DNA of 29,469 bases, taken from Candidatus Thorarchaeota archaeon (GTDB lineage: Archaea > Asgardarchaeota > Thorarchaeia > Thorarchaeales > Thorarchaeaceae). Positions within the stretch are counted from its first letter, which is position 1. Each line of letters starts with the position of its first letter. The notes under the pieces were generated by a model. It ran no database searches, was not told the DNA's origin, and saw nothing but the letters and a program-made list of their open reading frames with translations. Below are positions 26,073-29,469 of the stretch, piece after piece. The position numbers and the translations under genes were made by a program. Location of the stretch: NCBI GenBank assembly GCA_016839605.1, contig JAEOTX010000231.1, positions 1-29,469 of the forward strand. Reading direction: 5' to 3'.

Positions 26073-27335
26073 ATGCAAGGGACGGCTGACACAAGCCTAT
26101 ATAGTGGGAGGAAATGGATTTACGAAGAGATAGTGGACAAGGTTCCACCATTCAGATGGCTCCCTCCTGTATTTGATGTCCTAGCCCAGTTGCTACTTGT
26201 TGAAGCTGTCGGCATTGCTGGCTTCTTGTACTTTGAGATGCCATTGACATCAGTAATCTATGGCACATTGGCGATACTCTACACTGTTGTCTGGTCAGCG
26301 GGGTGTCTCTATGTCATTCCATGGCTAAGACGCTTGAGAGACCCTACAAACATCGAGGAGAAGAAGGTCCTCAAGTCTTACAAGAATCATCTTCTGCTAG
26401 ATCGGAAATATGAGCTAGCCGCAGGGGTCCTATTGTTCGTTGGAGTCTGGGTGTTCATCCTTATTGACCCCACGTTTCTTGAGGTGCATCTTGGTACGGG
26501 ATATGGAAACCTGTTCTTAATGGCACTTCTTGCGGTCTTAGTCTGGGATGTTACATATAGGATTGGACTCTCAATAGTCACCACACTTTTTGCCGCAATG
26601 CGATCTATCTCCTTGAGTCGTGCAGCAAGACGTAGGAGAGGGCTCGAATACACAGCATACTCAGAGGTGAGAACCCTGAAGTACTTGGACTCTGTTAATC
26701 TCTATTGGGCTGCTTCCGCAGTGCTTCTACTGCCTTTGGCAAGCATCACTCCATTGCTGCTTTATGGACTAGGCGCGTTCTTTACTGCAGTATTATTTCT
26801 TTCAGGAGTCAGTCTGCTTGCAATGGAACGAGTCCCTTGGTTCCCCCCGGATGTTGAGAGCATTCTCTATAAAGAGAGATTTGCATATGTAGCACTTTGC
26901 GAAAATGACCAGCCACATGTAACTCCAGTCATTTTTGTCTACGACGGAAAATACCTATACTTCGTTGTTTCACTTGACTCAGCTAAGTATAGGAAGATAA
27001 AGAAGAATTCCAACATCGCGGTTTTAGTTGACATGAGAGATAGCGAGCATGTAATGAACAATCGTGCGGTAATGCTTCGCGGGAAATCTATGATTCTGGG
27101 TGAAATAACCCTATTCGGACTCCTCAGACTATACCTGTATGGACTATGGATGCTTAGAGTCCGATCCCTCTTTGGCCGGAAGTATCCACGATATATGAAG
27201 TATTACGACACTCACCTGAGTGATCTGCCCCTCGCTTGGCAAAACAAACCATTCATCTCAAGAGTGATGGTTAGGGTGGAGCCTGAGAAAATCACCTACT
27301 GGAGAGAGGCAAAACCACAAATCCTGAGGGTATAG
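26073..27335 (+). CDS. Membrane protein (about 6 TM) fused to a C-terminal PNPOx-like split-barrel domain
   Basis: Hydrophobic N-terminal 250 aa, then RFAYVAL..DQPHVTPVIFVYDG.YLYF....SAKYRKIKKNSNIAVLVD...VMVRVEPEKITYW. Confidence 0.8.
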   Translation: MQGTADTSLYSGRKWIYEEIVDKVPPFRWLPPVFDVLAQLLLVEAVGIAGFLYFEMPLTSVIYGTLAILYTVVWSAGCLYVIPWLRRLRDPTNIEEKKVLKSYKNHLLLDRKYELAAGVLLFVGVWVFILIDPTFLEVHLGTGYGNLFLMALLAVLVWDVTYRIGLSIVTTLFAAMRSISLSRAARRRRGLEYTAYSEVRTLKYLDSVNLYWAASAVLLLPLASITPLLLYGLGAFFTAVLFLSGVSLLAMERVPWFPPDVESILYKERFAYVALCENDQPHVTPVIFVYDGKYLYFVVSLDSAKYRKIKKNSNIAVLVDMRDSEHVMNNRAVMLRGKSMILGEITLFGLLRLYLYGLWMLRVRSLFGRKYPRYMKYYDTHLSDLPLAWQNKPFISRVMVRVEPEKITYWREAKPQILRV

Positions 27336-27338
27336 AAG

Positions 27339-27824
27339 ATGTTTCTTGGCAAAATCCACAAAGCTCCCATCAGAGTCATAGCTGAGATTCCAGATGGAGC
27401 TTTAGATATTCTCAGGTCAGGATTTTTCTCATATCTTGGTACATCCGAAGCAGATTGCATGCCACATTTGACTGCTATGTTCTATGTATGGCAAGAGCAG
27501 TCAAAGCAGATATTCATGGTCACAACAAAAGGAAGTCATAAGATATCAAACATCAGAAAGAACACAAAGGTGTGTGTGACCGTAGATGAACGAGATGCAG
27601 TCTTACCTGCGGCTAACAGTGGCGTCATGATAAGAGGTCGTGCAATGATGGTGGAGATGGAACTTCTCGATGAGGCTATCACACTTGACTTTCTTGGTAA
27701 ATACATGAGCTTTTTGGGAGCAGGGTATCCTTTGGGGAATCGAATCGCAATTAAAGTCACTCCAAAAATCTTGTCCTATTGGAGAGGTATGGATTTCTAT
27801 CGATGGAGGAATCCAGACTATTAG
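27339..27824 (+). CDS. PNPOx-like (FMN/F420-binding split-barrel) protein
   Basis: YLGTS....PHLTAMFYVW, SHKISNIRKNTKVCVTVD, GVMIRGRA and IKVTPKILSYW. Confidence 0.85.
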   Translation: MFLGKIHKAPIRVIAEIPDGALDILRSGFFSYLGTSEADCMPHLTAMFYVWQEQSKQIFMVTTKGSHKISNIRKNTKVCVTVDERDAVLPAANSGVMIRGRAMMVEMELLDEAITLDFLGKYMSFLGAGYPLGNRIAIKVTPKILSYWRGMDFYRWRNPDY

Positions 27825-27861
27825 GAAACGTGTTGGTTTCGAAAAGAAACTATCAATGGCG

Positions 27862-27934
27862 GATAATTTAATTATCGAAATTAATAGCCAAGTGCGTTCC
27901 TTGTAATACATTACATTTGGTAAGGTTTTTAATT
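27862..27934 (+). promoter_or_regulatory. Promoter region with two palindromes and a TATA-like box
   Basis: GATAATT-T-AATTATC (27862-27876), TGTAAT-AC-ATTACA (27902-27915) and TTTTTAA (27926-27932), about 40 nt upstream of the GTG at 27973. Confidence 0.5.
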
Positions 27935-27972
27935 GGGTAACATGCCGCTGTGCATCTACTGCACAACCTCTG

Positions 27973-29166
27973 GTGACGGCTGTGAATCGGAAATCAAGAA
28001 GTGCCATAATTGCTGTGTTAGCTATTGCTTTTGTCATTGTGATCGCGTCTCAAGCTTCTGTTGCCTTTACAAGTGAACAAGGGGCTTGTGACACATCACT
28101 GTGCCATACAACTGCAACTGCAATAACAATAGACACCGATGCATCGATTGAGGTAATGGAAGGAACGGAATTTTCGTTTGTTGTTACTGCTTCAGCAACA
28201 GCAGGACCGACAACATTGGTCATTAAATTTCCACGGAGCTTGGAGAGTAATGCCCTCTTCAACATCCCAAGCGATGGTCTAGTCCGTGATGGCCAAGCTC
28301 CAGACCTTGATCCAGATAGCTTGGAAATGGAAGTCAACTACACTATGACTGCACCAGCTATTGCAGGAGTGTATGTCCTTGAGATTTGGGCTGCTGGTGA
28401 TAGCGGGCATGCCGCAGCAACAACTCTTACTGTCAATGTGATTCATATTGGAGAAGGCCCTTCAATAGCAGACATCACAGTAGAGCCTACATCGCCTTTC
28501 CAGAACGAGAGCGTATTTGTATCTGCGAATGTGAGCTCTGAGGCGGGCATAGTCGCAGCAGTTCTACAACACAGGGCAAACACAACTTCTGATTGGACCA
28601 ATATTACTATGACCCAAGTTGGAGGATATTATCAGGCAACCATTCCAATATATCCAGCCGGCACCACAGTAGAGTTTCGAATAGTAGCAAGGGATGGAGA
28701 TGGAATAGAGATTCTTACTGACCCGCCTCTGCAATATGTTGTGCAGGCTATACCAGCACCCCAGATGCACTATGGGTATTACTTAGGTGCTCCTGCAATA
28801 ATCCTAGCTTATCTTGGGATAGCACTAGAATACTACGACGAAGAGAGATTCACAAGGATTCATGGGTATATGCTGACTATAGCCTATTTCTTGACACTAA
28901 TCAATGTGCTTTGGCTATTTCTAGAGGACCCAGGAGTATGGACAGCATTGAACCCAGCCTATCTTATCAACCCAGGTGAGCTGATACTCTTCATTCACTC
29001 TTGGCATATATGGCTTGGAATACTAAGCATGATTTTTGGATCACTAGCACTCATCACCCATCTCGCGGGATGGAAGACATGTAATCTCGGCCTACCTGCG
29101 GTGTTGCTATGGACAATACTTGGGCTGACAGGATATTACCTCAATGCAGTTGGATTCTTGATGTGA
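27973..29166 (+). CDS. Hypothetical membrane protein: signal peptide, CX4CH motif, Ig-like domains and a His-bearing 4-TM C-terminus
   Basis: Signal peptide ending SVA|F, GACDTSLCH, a beta-rich region (YYQATIP.YPAGTTVEFRIVARD), and TM segments with RIHGY, IHSWHIWLG and ITHLAG. Confidence 0.7.
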   Translation: MTAVNRKSRSAIIAVLAIAFVIVIASQASVAFTSEQGACDTSLCHTTATAITIDTDASIEVMEGTEFSFVVTASATAGPTTLVIKFPRSLESNALFNIPSDGLVRDGQAPDLDPDSLEMEVNYTMTAPAIAGVYVLEIWAAGDSGHAAATTLTVNVIHIGEGPSIADITVEPTSPFQNESVFVSANVSSEAGIVAAVLQHRANTTSDWTNITMTQVGGYYQATIPIYPAGTTVEFRIVARDGDGIEILTDPPLQYVVQAIPAPQMHYGYYLGAPAIILAYLGIALEYYDEERFTRIHGYMLTIAYFLTLINVLWLFLEDPGVWTALNPAYLINPGELILFIHSWHIWLGILSMIFGSLALITHLAGWKTCNLGLPAVLLWTILGLTGYYLNAVGFLM

Positions 29167-29469
29167 TGACTATGACGGAAGAGAAAGTAGAAACTGAAAC
29201 GCTGGTATATGAAGACCAAGTCATGCAAGACCTAACAGCCGCTGTGAGTCCGGATCGAGTTTCAGACATGTTATTGGAGCGCATAGTCTACAGTGGAGAC
29301 CCAGCAGCTCTCCCACAATTCCACTACCGTTGGAAAAGCAAGTACCTTGCTGACTACGTAGTGAGAGTCGAGAATGTTGATGAGGTCAAGGAAGTTCTCA
29401 CAACAGCAGCCTCACATAATCTCCCAGTAATTCCAAGAGGTGGCGCATCCAGCTGTCTGGGCTCATCCA
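29166..29469 (+). CDS. GlcD/Dld-like FAD-binding oxidoreductase, 3'-partial (absent from the ORF track)
   Basis: TGATG overlap with the upstream stop, open to the window end: MTMTEEK...VSPDRVSDMLLERIVYSGD...ADYVVRVENVDEVKEVL..A..HNLPVIPRGGASSCLG, the FAD_binding_4 N-terminal motif. Confidence 0.85.
   Translation, partial: MTMTEEKVETETLVYEDQVMQDLTAAVSPDRVSDMLLERIVYSGDPAALPQFHYRWKSKYLADYVVRVENVDEVKEVLTTAASHNLPVIPRGGASSCLGSS

Noticed and set aside
568-28770. Numerous short antisense or alternate-frame ORFs in the track (e.g. 606..1154, 4153..4608, 10734..11258, 18979..19575, 20112..20606, 27603..28037)
   Set aside because: They lie within or largely overlap well-supported genes and show no recognisable motifs.
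1-29469. CRISPR arrays, tRNA/rRNA genes, IS elements or prophage genes
   Set aside because: No spaced repeats, cloverleaf or rRNA signatures, or transposase/integrase motifs were seen, and intergenic gaps are short.

Overview
Archaeal window, most likely Asgard (Thorarchaeota-like; inferred from the Rab-like small GTPase, single-OB-fold SSB, TATA-type promoters and acidic proteins). Its centre is an unusual complex I-like operon on the minus strand (nuoA-J-K-C-D-H-I-M1-L-M2-N). It has four antiporter-like subunits and a NuoL lateral helix lengthened by a 26-aa internal duplication (a '2M'-type complex), and it lacks nuoB and nuoEFG/fpoF. The missing NuoB is encoded about 1.3 kb upstream, fused to the C-terminus of a GlcD/GlcE-like FAD oxidoreductase. 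That gene is divergent from a GlcF/HdrD-like Fe-S/CCG protein, two PNPOx-like split-barrel flavin proteins, a possible heme membrane protein and a second, truncated GlcD-like oxidase. Together these suggest a flavoenzyme redox module attached directly to a high-stoichiometry ion-pumping complex. The left end holds a giant beta-propeller/Ig-repeat/7-TM surface protein, a Zn-ribbon membrane protein, an orphan receiver, an SSB / 2-phosphoglycerate-kinase-like / ACD-alpha cluster and a small GTPase. No rRNA, tRNA, CRISPR array or mobile element was recognised. All calls come from motif recognition by eye; no searches were run.
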